Below, in pieces: positions 12,900-28,680 of a DNA stretch of 64,000 nt. Under the pieces are notes generated by a model. It searched no databases, had not been told where the DNA came from, and was given only the letters and a program-made list of their open reading frames with translations. Position 1 is the first letter of the stretch. The number at the start of each line of letters is the position of its first letter. This stretch comes from the human T2T-CHM13v2.0 reference genome, Homo sapiens, in NCBI RefSeq assembly GCF_009914755.1, contig NC_060932.1; one strand, 5' to 3'. Position numbers and translations under genes: made by a program.

Positions 12900-13075
12900 T
12901 TCATGGCATACTCGTAATAGTCCTGTTACACAGGTAGTGATATCCCTATTTTACGGAAAATGGAATTGAGCCTGCAAGAGATTAACCTGCCCAAGTTTGT
13001 GCACCTGGTAAGGGCTAGCACTTGACTTTGAATCATAAATGGTTTAAATCTCAAGCTTATGCTCTTCTCTGCAGT
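12900..13075 (-). mobile_element. MIR SINE
   Basis: tatccctattttacggaaaatggaattgag...aacctgcccaag. Confidence 0.7.
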
Positions 13076-14399
13076 CTGCTGCTGGCTGACAGGTGTCGAA
13101 AGGCAGCGACTGGCACAATACCTCCAAAATATTTCATGAAATAATGAATATGAACAAGTTAATAAGTTAAAGTGCACTGAACATCATCTCAGGAAGCAGA
13201 TAATATTGTGGTGCTGTAGAGGTTTGCCAACCACACAACACACAATTTTTAGGGAAGGTCAGAAGTTAAATAATTTGTTGAGATTTATTAATCTAAGAAC
13301 GGTTCAGTTCAAGGTGCACATATGAAGGACTTACTATTTACCAGATACCACATAGGTAACAGGGCTATAATAAGGCCCTTGAGGATCTCATCGTCTAGTT
13401 TTTCAAAGCATTTGTTATAATTTGCAAAGAGAAAACTTGCATAAGGCTTACAAAGTAAGGGCAAAACCTGATTCCCAAAAGAGGTATTACAGAATGATAC
13501 ATAATGCAGAATTAGACAAAGTTCCATTCTGGAGCTATTTTTGCATATATTCCTTTTGTGTAATCTTTTGGAGAGGGAAGAGGGCCGTGTTTTGAAGCTC
13601 ACAAGGGCATCTGCAGGCCACTGTTCATCAATGTCCTTAGCTTTCACATGACTACCAAAAGGCAACTGATCAAGAGGAGATACCAGGAAAGGTTTTCTAG
13701 TTTCTAACTTAACATCTCCAAAATGGCAATGTTCATTTTTCACAGTGATGTCATTACTTGACACAATTTCTAAAATAGATCTAAGGTTCTCTTTCCTGCT
13801 ACTGACCTAGGAGAGGAATGGTGTTCCAAAAATATGTCAACCAAGAACATCTTCCCGAACTAAAGGTTTGAATTGGGAGGCACTATGGGGATTTGGGAGT
13901 AGGGAGGCTGTAGACATTTTGGGGGTCAATTATACTTTTGGATGTCATTTGTAAAATAAACACACAGAATCAGAAAAGCCAGAGGTGAAAGGATGTGTTG
14001 TGAGGATGTGTTTGTTTCGTTTTGTTTTTGTTGTCAGAGGGCTCATGATAGAGAGTTGGAAGAGGTGAAGAGGAACCCTTTCAATGATCTTCATTGATGT
14101 TTGCAAATGAGAAACTGAGACCCAGGGGGTGATGAGATTTTCCCAGCCAGCATTAGAAATCCAGAACAAGAAGCCTGGTCTCCCGTCTTTTCCTCCAGCA
14201 AGCTGTCTTGTCAATGCAGTGCTTTGGGAACTTGCTCATCTCTTACACCATCCCTCAGACCATTCTTTCTCAAAGCTTCTATGGCTTTGGGATGTGTGTG
14301 TTGGGAAGAGGGGGTGAGGGGAAGGGATCCTTCCTAAAGCTATGATGGTCATGGGAAAGTAAACAAACTGTAGTATTTTCCTTGATTGTGTTTGCTTGC

Positions 14400-14920
14400 A
14401 TGTAGATATGGTATGGACTTCTTGTGAAAAAAATTATAAAATTCATGAAAATATAAAGAAAAAATGAGTCACTCCCACAATTCCACTATTCTGGGATAGT
14501 TACCACTTTAATATATTTCATTCCAGCCTTTCATTGCACCTTCTACATGGTTTATTTTATATTGAATACACAATTGTTTCCTGTGCCTCTTAGTTAATAT
14601 TATATCATAGATAATCCCCCTTATCATCAAAAATCTTCCTATGCATAAATTTGAGTGGCAACACGATATTTCATTACAAATATATACCACAATTTATTTA
14701 AAAACTTCAATTATGTTGGACTTTGAGTTTTTTCTAATGACTAATTTGTGTAATAAAATGGCAGTGAAAATCTTGATGCCTACGTTTCAGCCTGCATTTC
14801 TAAATGCCTCCTCAGATTGATTACTGGAAGTGAGACTCTTATGTCAAATAGTAGATATGAACATTCTTAAGGATCTTGGTAACTTTTTAGGGAGAGCTTG
14901 CAAATTTATACTCCTTTTAG
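14400..14920 (-). mobile_element. Old L1 (L1ME-like) fragment
   Basis: tatataccacaatttatttaaa...gttggactttgag...ctggaagtgagact, antisense of an L1 3' region. Confidence 0.55.
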
Positions 14921-15209
14921 AATTCTCTGTGAATAGGAATTCTAATTATTTTTCTTCATTCTCTTTCATCTTTTCCTAACCCCAACTTCTGCAATACAAG
15001 TTCCAAAGCAATTGGGTAGCCTATACAAACCAGCCTGGTGCAATTGTGTAAAATAATAATTAAACACTTCACTTAAGTAAACATTCTCTTTTTTCCTGAC
15101 TATGCAATGGGAAAGAACAGTCACATGCTCTAACTCTGAGCTGTACAATGTAACAGCCACTAGCCATTCCAAACCGAGATGTGCTGTAAGTATAAAATAC
15201 ACACACCAG

Positions 15210-15620
15210 TTGCATGTTCTCAGTTATTTATGAGATCTAAAAATCAAAACAATTGAGCTCATGGACATAGAGAATAGAAGGATGCTTACCAGAGGCTAAG
15301 AAGTGTTGTGGGGGGCTGGAAGTGAGATGAGGATGGTTAATGGGTTAAACAAATAGAAAGAATGAATAAGACCTACTATTTGATAGCACAACAGGGTGAT
15401 GTAATCAATAATAACTTAATTGTACCTTTTAAAGTAACTTAAAGAGTATAATTGGATTGTTTGTAAATCAAAGAATAAGTGCTGGAGGGGATGGATACCC
15501 CATTCTTCATTATGTACTTAGTTCACATTGCATGCCTGTAACAAAATATTTCATGTACCCCATAAATATATACATCCACTATGTACCCACAAAAATTAAA
15601 AATAAATTTTAAAAATTAAG
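15210..15620 (+). mobile_element. L1MA1-3-type 3' end
   Basis: aaaatcaaaacaattgagctcatggacatagag...gcatgcctgta...tgtacccacaaaaattaaaaata. Approximate TSD taaaataca(c/t)accag on both sides. Confidence 0.88.
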
Positions 15621-15698
15621 TAAAATACATACCAGAGTTTGAAGACTTAGTACCAAAAATGAGAATTAAAATATTTCATTAATATTTTTATATTTATT

Positions 15699-16019
<321 letters not shown>

Positions 16020-16439
16020 AATATTTTTATATTGGTTACATGTTGAAATGATTTTTCAATGTATTGGATTGAGTAAAATATATTAATTTTGTCTGTTTTT
16101 TTACTTTTTAAATTGTGGTTTCTAGAAAATTCATATATATATGTATATATACATACACATGGCTCTCATATAACTATTGGATAAGGGCTGCTCTAGGAAA
16201 TCCTCAGATTTATCCATGGATGTCTGTGGCTAATAACTTAATTCTGTTTTGCCTTAATGGCTTTTATGAATTCAGGAAACCGGCAATATGGAGCCAGTGT
16301 TTCCTACTTTCTTTTCTATTCCTTGTAGAGTTAAATTTTGTCTCTGTGATCTTTCTTAGTTTCCTTCTGTTCCTCATGCCAGCCTATATGCTTTAAGCTA
16401 AACTGTTACCATGAGAATTCACCCAGTAAGTCATTTTCC

Positions 16440-17065
16440 TTCCCTCATTCTTTCAATCAATTAAAAAACATTGATTGTTCACTTCTAATATAACCACAGT
16501 ACTTTCTCAGCCTGGGAATACAAAGATTACTAACACATAATCCTTGCCATTGTGAAGCAAATAGTCTCATGAGGGAGACCAACCTCAAAATAATTAGGGC
16601 GTAGTGAAATCATTTCCAAAGTAGAGGTAGATTGAAAATGCTGTGGAAGGACAAGAGAAAGGAGAGGTCAACTCTCCCTAGGACTTGGGTAGGGGTGAAA
16701 GGAGGGATGAGAGGTGTCACCCAGATGACCTGGACCTTGAATGGAATCTTAGAAGTTGGAGTTTGCCCAAGGAGAAAGAATGCCTTGGGATAGCCAGCAA
16801 TGTGTGAAGGAGACCAGTTGAGAATCCACTGCTAAAGAATAATGAGGTTGAGGGCAAGGAGCGAACTGTTGTTAACATTGAGACCATGTTACAAAATACG
16901 CCATGCTCTAATATTTGGTCTGTGTTACCTGTAGAGTATATGAGAAACTGTTCATTAGAGCATTCTTATATTCAGATATGAGATTTAGAAAGATTCCTCT
17001 TGCAGCATAAACTAGAGGGTAGAAATACAGGTCATGGGGAGAGAAGTTTAAGCAGGATATTAATC
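16440..17065 (-). mobile_element. L2 LINE, long 3' fragment
   Basis: cattctttcaatcaa tail...ctgggaatacaaaga...tttagaaagattcctct. Confidence 0.7.
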
Positions 17066-17386
17066 TTCTTGCCTGGAAGGTTTCAAAAATGCCTTATGAT
17101 TCTTCATGATTCAGTTCAAATATCACTTCTAGGAAAACTTACCTGGCGAATCTTATCAGAGTTGGTAATCCCTTCTTTGTTCTTGACCCACATTCTATTC
17201 TCTGTAACTGTTCTTAACAGGAGGCATCACACTGTACACCTATATGCACAGTCCCCAGCAGTCTCTCGGTTCTTCAGGAAATTACCATCTGGAAGAATGC
17301 TTGCTTAATTGTCTCTTCTTCTGAGAGGGCTTCTCTGACCACCCTTTCTTTTTTTTATTTTATTTTATTTTTTGATGACTTTATTT

Positions 17387-17723
17387 ATTTATTTATTTTT
17401 TATTTTTTTTGAGATGCAGTCTCACTCTGTCACCCAGGCTGATGTGCAGTGGCGCGATCTCAGCTCATTCCTCATTCCGCCTCCTGGGTTCACGCTATTC
17501 TCCTGCCTCAGCTTCCCGAGTAGTTGGGACTTCAGGCACCCACCACCACGCCCAGCTAATTTTTAGGCACCTGCCACCACACCTGGCTAATTTTTTTGTA
17601 TTTTTAGTAGGGACGAGGTTTCACCGTGTTTGCCAGGATGGTCTCGATCTCCTGACCTTGTGATCCGCCCGCCTCAGCCTCCCAAAGTGCTGGGATTACA
17701 GGCGTGAGCCACCGTGCCCGGCC
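17387..17723 (-). mobile_element. AluY with an internal 31-bp tandem duplication
   Basis: AluY diagnostics (gggttcacgc, gatggtctcgatctcctgacc). gactttattt occurs on both flanks. Confidence 0.95.
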
Positions 17724-17799
17724 TAGACTTTATTTTTTTGAGCAGTTTTAGATTCACAGCAAAATTGAGAGGAAGGTCCCAAGATACCCCATCTTCCTC

Positions 17800-18135
17800 C
17801 TATCTTTTCATTTTTATTCTTTATTATTACACATTTTTGGTTTCCTGAAAAGCACTTATCACAACTCATAATTTTACATTTTACATAACTTACATTTGTA
17901 TGTTTACATTTGTATTGTCTGTTATCTCCACTATCCTAAAAGATTCCCATAGAAGAAACATGCCTGTTACATTCACCAATAAACACACAATGTTAACACT
18001 TAATAGCACTTCAATAAACAATGTGTCAAATGAACAAATGAATGAGTAAATGGACAAAATGCGTCCTAAACCATGAGTGCTTAATAAATGTTTATTTAAT
18101 GAACAAATTAGTTAATGAACAAATGAATGAATGAT
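17800..18135 (+). mobile_element. L2 3' end
   Basis: agcacttatcacaac...cttcaataaac...aatgaatgaatga tail. Confidence 0.65.
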
Positions 18136-18329
18136 CTATTCCAATAAATATATGCTCCTAGACTGCTACTGACATTTTATTCCACTTAGGGTCTGCCACA
18201 TTGGCTCTCCAACAGCCGGTACTATAATCCATGCTAAGTAATAATTACAAATTAGGAGTAATATATTGGTAGTGTTGGCAGAAATCCCCAAGTGATTCAT
18301 TCTGCCAGATATGTTAAAATTATAGTTTA

Positions 18330-18620
18330 GTCATTGAATACTGAAGGTGATAAGTACAGTCATTTTTACAAGTTGTTCTGGATCCATGGACGAAGATAGG
18401 CATGTACACAAACGGCACTAAACTATGAGGCAGTGAGGTAGCACAGGGTTACGGGGGACACTGTGGAGGGACTTCTAAACTCAGTGTTTGTGATCAGGGA
18501 AGGCTGATTCCTGATCAGATTCTTAAGGAGTGAGTTATTCTGTGAGGTGACTGGTGGTGGTTGTATCAGGCAAGCAGAGGTAAAAGTGTAGACATCTGGA
18601 GGAACAGAAAAACAGAATCA
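18330..18620 (-). mobile_element. L2 fragment
   Basis: gatcagggaaggct...gattcttaaggagtgagtta, antisense L2 body. Confidence 0.5.
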
Positions 18621-19833
18621 ACAGCTTCATGGATGAATATCCATTCAAAAGGAAACTCCAGCCTCTTGGCTTCTTCACCTTTTCTGTTTCTCCTTTCTTT
18701 AGTTTAAGAATACTTTCAAGCAAAAAGATGAAAAACATAAGAAATACCACTTTCAAATGAAAAGGCTTCTCAGTTTCATGTTAGGTGAGTTTCAGGCAAT
18801 TCAAGAAAAGATTAGGAAATGGCATGCTGGCCTCTTTCTCATGGCTGTATTCCACAGAATGAAAGCAAGCCCAGTATTTCTGAGTAATTAGGTCAGCCTC
18901 ACTCCCAGAGGATTAATTCAACTCCCAACAGATTATGGTAGCCACCTTTCATTTCCACAGACAGACTCCATCAGCACGGTGATTTCAATTAGAGAAGTGA
19001 AGCTCAATTGACTTATCCTAGACACAAGGAGACATAGCAGACAGATAACAAGCTGGATTACATAAGCATTAATCTTATGGTCATGGCATCAGAAAGATTT
19101 TTAAATGGATTACCTCTCTCCCATAGGAATAACAGAGAAGATTTTTTTCTCTCCTATTGCAATAAGTCTAATCTTCTCACAGGTGATGGGTTGATACATA
19201 AATTGAGAGTGAAGTCAAGACCTACTCACTTTCTGAGAGGTATTAAGCTCCTGGCTTTGGACCTGTACCTGCTAAAGACCACAGTGTTGGTCCTCACAAA
19301 TTGCTAGATAAAAAGAAAACCTCAGATAAATTGTCTGGATGTCCATCCAGAAAACACCAGTGAGGCAGATAGGTTGAAAACTTGGTTATATAGACAAGGT
19401 GGAGACAACCTCATGCTAACAGTTAATAGCCAATGGCCTTAATGAATGAAGTGAAAACACGAATATTCAGAAGAGACTGCTTTCAGTCTCTTCTGTGTCT
19501 CATCTTCTCATGCCCCTTTTCCTTTCTTGTCTCTGTTTGGTGGTGTGATTTACCCTTCCTATCATGCTGTGCTTGGGTTGAATGACTTGCATGATCCACC
19601 TTTCCATGAATGATGCAGAAATCCATAAGATCCTTCATCAAGCACCTTCCTAAGACCCCACAATCCAAATCTCAGGTACAGGTTAGATCTCAATGTCTGC
19701 CCAGGCCTATAATACCATCATTCAAGTTTCAACCTCCTAGTTCCCAGGTGAAGAAGAAATAGGGAAAGAATGTCAAAGACCATGGAAAAACTAAACATCC
19801 AGTGAATTTTTAAAAGCTCTAATTCCATCAAGG

Positions 19834-20603
19834 TGATATGGGAGTAAGGGAGAGGGTAAGTGCTGAGTAGAGACAGGTGGTGTCCCTAGCGAGGGCTCCA
19901 CCCTCGGGCCTGTGCCAATGGACCTAGGTGAAGACAGTCACTCCTGTTTTCATACCCAAATGTTGCATGTTCCAAGACCACCCTGGCCCGCCACACCCTC
20001 CATTTTGTGCCTATAAAAACCTCAAGACCATAGCAGGCACAGACACACAAGTAGATGGACGTCGAAAGGAACACACCAGCAGGCAGGCCATTGACATTGA
20101 AATGATGCAGCTGCCAAGGGAAATTTGGCCTAGGGTGGTCAGAGGAGAGCCCAGCCATTGAGTGGTGTGACTCCAGGGGAAGACCATCTTCCCACTCCAT
20201 TCCCCTTTTGGCTCCCCATCCATCTGCTGAAGGTTACTTCCACCATTCAGTAAAACCTTGCATTCATTCTCCAAGCCCGAGTGTGATCCGATTTTTCTGT
20301 TACACTAAGGCAAGAACCCCGGGATACAGAAAGGCCTCTGTCCTTTGAGCTGATTAACGTCTAATTGAGCTGATTAACACAAGCTGCCTATGGATGGCTA
20401 AACTGAAAGAGCACACTGTAACACATGCCCAGTGGGGCTTTGGGAGCTGTAAACACTCAAACCTAGACACTGCCGTGGTGTTGGAGCAACGACCTGCCCA
20501 TCTGCATGCTCACTTAGGGGTATGAGCAGTGGGGCACTGAAGAAGCGAGCCACACCCTCATCACATGCCTTGCGAGGGGGATAAGGGAACTTTTCCTGTT
20601 TCA
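19834..20603 (+). mobile_element. Solo LTR of the LTR1 family (ERV1, HUERS-P2-associated)
   Basis: TG...CA termini (tgatatgg...cctgtttca), 770 bp. Contains ggctccaccctcgggcctgtgcc, a cctataaaaa TATA box and cagtaaaaccttgc at the polyA-signal position. No clean TSD. Confidence 0.85.
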
Positions 20604-20609
20604 AGAGGA

Positions 20610-21960
<1,351 letters not shown>

Positions 21961-22241
21961 AAAAAGGTTTCAGCCCATGTGCTTTTAGTGGGGGTCCTAT
22001 CACCACTAAGTGGACAAAAATTGATCTTGAGGGAAAGAGATTAAAAAAATTGTATCTTCTTCGGTGGGAAGCACAGATAAACATAAAGTTAGATAAATAA
22101 AAAGCATATCTGCAGTGTTCAAGTTCTGTGGGGGTGCAGTGATTATGGGGTAAAAAGCATCTAAAAAGCCTCTTTATGGGATCAGTCATGAAAAGCTATG
22201 GAGAACTCCTGCTCTAAATTATATCTGGGTTTTAGTTTTCA

Positions 22242-22709
<468 letters not shown>

Positions 22710-23149
22710 TTAAATAATAAGAAAGTGGTCGTATCAATTCCCTACTAAATCAAACCTTCAATGGCTCCCTAACACAATATAAAACTATAAAACCCAACCA
22801 CCATGACCTGGCAGGCAAGTCCGTAAATCATCTACCCTCATCTAATTAAACTAACTTCTCCTCAGTTGTAGTTAATCTCCCATCCACCCAGAAGCTACTG
22901 GGAACTTTGCACCCCCTATTACCTGTGATTACAAATCCCTACCTTCCCATGTCTGACTCTTTAACAGGTGACTATCATTGAAAGCTCTTATAAATCAACT
23001 CAATATTTCTAACTCCTCAGGAAAGCAAAGTCGTCATTCCTTCCTCTGTTGTCCCAAGCCACTGTATAAATACATTCATTAGATGTGGTGCATCTTTTTT
23101 AAATCACTCTGTTAATTACGTGCTTTCCTTTGAAGAATTATTTCACTAT

Positions 23150-24140
23150 CCTTTAACTTCCATTGTTCAGCATAAAATTTTTAAGAGTCATCCATGTTTT
23201 TGTGTATATTAGTTGTTCGATATTTTTTATTTTTGAGTAATATCTCATTGTATGAATGTATCATAATTTGTTATCCATTTATCCATTTATAAACAATGGG
23301 GTTGTTTCCAGTTTTTGGCTATTCATCATAAAGCTGCACAAATCTCATAATGAAAAAAAATTATGTGCTTTCCTGTCCTATAAATCCAGGACTCCCTTAG
23401 GGCATAGAATATGTGCCTATCACAAGCATTGCATATGACATACAGATTGCTAAATGGATAAATTAATACATGAGTAAAATTAATCAAGTAGGGAGTTATT
23501 TTTTAATTAAGAGGACTTTGGGAGACTTTACGGGGGGAGTTAGTATTTGGATTTGGGTGTAAAACTGTCTCTACTTCCAAAATACCCTACTAAAATGACT
23601 TTAAAACCCCTTCTGGATTATCAAATACTTTAAAACTTAGAGTAAGAATCAGAAATTACAGACATCTTCAGCAAAACAGGGAAGAAAATCACCTCTTCTT
23701 TATACCCAGAAGAAACTGACATTAATAATTTAGACATGTTTTCTTTCAGACTTGTGCTAAGCATTTTTCTCTATATAACTGAGATAATATAATTTTATAA
23801 TCTACCTTCCTCATTTAATAAGTATTTTTATTATCATTAATAAACATTACAAATATAATTGTTAATAATTACATTCTGTTTCTTCTCATGAGCATATATA
23901 ATAATTTACACATTCATTTTCATAGTACTGGATTTTTAGGTGGTTTCCAGTTTCCTACTCTCATAAATAATGCACATATTTTTTCATAAATATTTATTCT
24001 CATTTGTGATTATTTCCTTTGGATGCATTCCTAGAAATAGAAATAGTGAGTCAAATGGTATTAGAATATGAAGGCTTTTGAGAAATAATGTGCAAGTACT
24101 TTATAGAAAGCTTGTAGAAATGTATACTGTCACCAGCAAT
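23150..24140 (-). mobile_element. Old L1M fragments (about 23150-23420 and 23640-24140)
   Basis: tcatccatgttttt...cattgtatgaatgtatcataatttg...gttgtttccagtttttggcta, and ttcctagaaatagaaatagtgagtcaaa. Confidence 0.65.
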
Positions 24141-24149
24141 GTGAAAGGT

Positions 24150-25415
24150 TAGCTTTACCATATGAGCCAGCAATCACACTCCTAGGTATTTACCCAACTG
24201 GCTCAAAAACTTATGTCCACAGAAAAATATACATATAAATGTTATGACAGTCTTATTTATAACATCCAAGAACTAAAAGCAGCAAAGAGGTCTTTCAATA
24301 GATGAATGGTTAAACAAACTGCAGTACATTTATATAATGAAACATTATTCAGGGGTAAAACTAAATAAGCTATTTAACCACAAAAAAAGATGTGGACAAA
24401 ACTTAAATACAAATTGCTAAGTTACAAACAAAAGGCAATCTAAAAAGGCTACATTCTGCGTGGTTCAAATGTATGGATTTCTGGAAAAGGTAAAACTATA
24501 GAAACAATAAAAAGGGCAGTTGTTGCCAAGGGAGGCCCGAATAGGTAAAGCATGGAAGATTTTGTAGGGTAGTAAAACTATTTTTTATGATACAGTAATG
24601 GTGGATACATGACACCATGTATTTGGCAAAATCCACAGAACCTTATGGCACAAAGAGTAAACCTTTATGCATGCAAATTTTAAAAATTATTTACAGGTTC
24701 CAGACACTCCAATGGAATGCAGCTGTGACAAAAGATTCTGTTTCATACATTACAAATGTAATCATTACAAATGTAACCATTTATCAGTAAAAGTGGATAG
24801 GTATCATAGCTGGCCAATCAACAGTACTTACCTTAACACAGTAGGTGAGAAAAAGGGAGCAGGCCAGGGTGGGTCCTGGATTTCTGGCTTTTCATACATT
24901 TCAAATGTATGAAACAAATCAGTTTTAAGTGGTGGGTGGAGGAAAATGCTGACCCAAATAACTTTGGAAACAAGTAGATGCTGTAGAAAGGCAAAATAAA
25001 TTGTACTTAAGAACTGTGCTCTAGCTGATAAAGTTGCTTCCCACAGAGATGCAGGTTAACAATTCTGTTATTATGAAACATTGCAGATGCTCCTAGACTT
25101 ACAGTGGGGTTACTCCTGGATAAACCCAGTGTAAGTTGAAAACACCGTAAGTTGAAGATACTTTTAATACACCTACTGCTAGCCCAAGAGAAGATCAAAA
25201 TTCAAAATTTGAAGTATAGTTTCTACTGAATTCATTGCTTTTTCACCATGATAAAGTTGAAAAATCATAAGTTGAAGTATTGTAAGTCAGGGACTGTCTG
25301 TATACTGAAATTGAACAATTAAGTAAATAGATCTCAAAGGTAAGAGTCAGGTTTCTTGCTGTTGGACCAGGAGTTTACATATAAGCAAGGGGAGGAAGCT
25401 AGAATGAGCCAGAAT
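24150..25415 (+). mobile_element. L1MD-type 3' region interrupted by a templated insertion and a MER47
   Basis: ccagcaatcacactcctaggtatttaccca...atttggcaaaatccacagaac...gctgataaagttg...gcaaggggaggaagctagaatga. Confidence 0.8.
25084..25300 (+). mobile_element. MER47B-like TcMar-Tigger fossil, internally deleted
   Basis: Terminal inverted repeats cagatgctcctagacttac / gtaagtcagggactgtctg, followed by TA. Confidence 0.85.
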
Positions 25416-25692
25416 GATGACAAATAAAGAATTTCATTAAGATTGAAACATAAAAGAAAAAGTTGTAATGATAAGATCATGTATACAGTTTAATACCATA
25501 TTGATATATTTTAATACACAGAATATCAAATGCTATTTATAAATACATGTATGTGTAATAAATATTTTTAAAAACATAAAATAGAAGAATGTACAACAAC
25601 TGCATGGTTTCTTATCTCTAATGAAGGAAGGAAGAGGGTAAAGGAAACAGATACATACTAAATGGGATTTCAACTATGTTTATGTTTTATTT

Positions 25693-25758
25693 TATTTTAT
25701 TTTTTTTGAGATGGAGTCTCCCTCTGTCACCCAGGCTGGAGTGCAGTGGCGCAATCTC
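25693..25758 (-). mobile_element. Alu 3'-end fragment, a copy created by local tandem duplication
   Basis: tttttgagatggagtctccctctgtcacccaggctggagtgcagtggcgcaatctc, then stops abruptly. Confidence 0.9.
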
Positions 25759-25838
25759 TGTCTCTGATGAAGGAAGAAAGAGGGTAAAGGAAACAGATAA
25801 ATACTAAATGGAATTTCAACTATGTTTATGTTGTATTT

Positions 25839-26184
<346 letters not shown>

Positions 26185-28449
26185 TATGTTTTATTTTTAA
26201 CAAAGTTTGAAGTATGTATAAAAGATGTTAAGTTTTGTTAATAATAGGGCAGGGAGTATAGCGATGTTTTTATGTTACACTATAATTTTATGTATTTTTG
26301 AAATTTTTATAATTAAAAAAGTAATTTTTATAATCAAAGTGATTAAGGTACTTACACGAGGGTAATTCAGCATTTATCAGTAAAGGACAGGTAGCATAGC
26401 TGTCCGATCAACAGTACTTACTTAACACAGCGGGTAAGAAAGAAGGATCAGTGCAGGTTGGGTCCTGAATTTCTGTCTTAGGCAGCTGTGTAGAAACAGG
26501 TACCATTCACTGAGATAGGACTGGATGAGGTAGAATGAGTTTGGGGCGAGAGAGGAACTCCTATAATACTGGGCATAATTCAAGGCTCACCACCAACACT
26601 TAGTAAATATTCTCTTTACTGATTTAAAAAGAAATCCTTGGGGAGTAAGCACAAAGACATTATATCCCCAAAACCTCATTCTCCTTCTTTTAGGTATTTG
26701 GGGTATAATGAGTCCTATATACTCATCACAGGCCAAATGAACTAGGCAAGTGAAAATAGGGGAAGCATTTCCACATCATCTAATTACAGATATTATTAGA
26801 CAAAAGGTTCCAAGTGAATCCTATTCTGACTTTAAAAACATTCTGGAGGAAAGAGCTCTTACATCTCAAATGGCAGAATATGGCTCCCCTTTTTTAAAAA
26901 AAAAATCAATAGATTCTCTTGAGAAAACAGTAAATTACTTCCTTTTTAGAATTTCATCACTAGCTTTCCCTCTATACAGACACAGTCTATAAAATCAGCC
27001 AAAATGATCTTGTTGAAAAGAAAGAAACAATAACATAAACCAATAGCCTGTCTTGTACCTGAAATGCCTAGATATTTTCTGTTTATTGTTAGAAGTCCTT
27101 TCAAATCTAGCTCAGCTCCCATAGAGTCCTGGTGACCACTTGACCACTCTGTGGCCTCACCTTGTTTCTCCTCGACCAGATGCCAAACAGAAATAATCAC
27201 ATTTATCACAATAGCTTGTGGTTATTTGTTTTCACACCTGTTTTTATGAATCATTAGGCTACTTGGGAACAAGAAATATTAAGAAGTTAGTCAGGCAGCC
27301 TCTTGGGATATGTAATCTATAAGGTATAGTGAAACCTAGAGCAAACCGGAAATATCGCACTCATTGGATTATATTTATTCACACTAATCTTACACAGCTA
27401 GAAAATGGAAACTGGCCCTACTGCTTTGCAAGGAGATAGCATACCCGAGTGAAAGGTTAAAACATTCCTCACCAGCCTTACTCTCTGTCTGTTAGACTTT
27501 TTTGCTGCAGGCATGTATAAATTATAGCATGCAGTCTTGGCTTCACCATTATTATGGGGTGGCCAACTGAGCACTATCTGGCATCAGCAAAATCAGCTAC
27601 ATCCCCAGACCAAATAGTGCGTGACTTAGTTCTATTGACTATAATTTGTGTCTTTATTAACATATCTAACATTTAAACTCTTCAATATGACCACAATAAG
27701 GTAGGCTAATTTGGAAAATTATAATTTTAAAACAATTTCTAATGAGTAAAATATTTTATGGAACATGTAATGAGTCCTATCTATTACACATAGAAGCTTT
27801 ATCTATAGAAAGTTTCTACCCACCCTGCTAAATAAATATTTTTTAAAATGAAGAATATTTTTTGAAGGAGATCCAAGTTCTCAATCTGGTCATATCGGTC
27901 ATCATGTGTGTAATCCCAACCCTTTTCCCTAACGCTGAACACAGTGTCTGACACTTAGAAGGTGTCCAACAGGTTTTTGATGCATGAATTAGTTAATTAA
28001 ACAATCCATATTCAATATCTGTTTACCCTTCAGTGTTAGAAAATCCACTAGCTCCTGTGATAACCCATTTTATTGTAGTGTAACTGTAACAGGGAAAAAA
28101 TTTAACTAAATATCTAATGATCTTCTTGAATCTCCCAATCGCTGGATTTTCTTCAGTCATAGTGAGCTAACTTCATGAATAGATATCTCTATAGATAAAG
28201 GACAGAACTCAATAATGAGTCCTAACTCACAGAAAAAACAAAGACCCTTCCATTTGAATTGTGAAGACTTAGGTGATCTTTCTCATTGCCTTGACTTTCA
28301 CACCACATTTTTGGTGTCAAGAGAAAGGAAAAGCAGCAGATGTTTTCCATACCTTCTATTTGATAGAGATGAAGACTTTCTTAAAAAATTGTGGAAGGAG
28401 AACACTAAATCCAAACTTCTCTTACTCCAAATAGAATGAGGAAGAGAAA

Positions 28450-28680
28450 GGACACTAACATTGATGGAAAACCTATTACCTGCCAACTGTTTTACCCACA
28501 TCATCTCACTGGATCCTAACGCCCACTCTCTGAGCCATATGCTATTTACCGTTTTTTAAGGTAAGGCATCAAGACTCAGAGAAATTAACTAATTTGTTTA
28601 AAGCCACACAAAGCGAGAGTTGGGTACCCAGACTTTGTCTACGGGTATACCCAGTACATTGTCCATCCTATGATAATTGT
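28450..28680 (-). mobile_element. MIR SINE
   Basis: catcatctcactggatcct...agactcagagaaattaactaatttgtttaaagccacac. Confidence 0.65.

Noticed and set aside
13309-13764. Longest ORF (151 aa, minus strand)
   Set aside because: No recognisable domain or convincing exon boundaries. An ORF of this length with alternative starts is plausible by chance in 64 kb times six frames.
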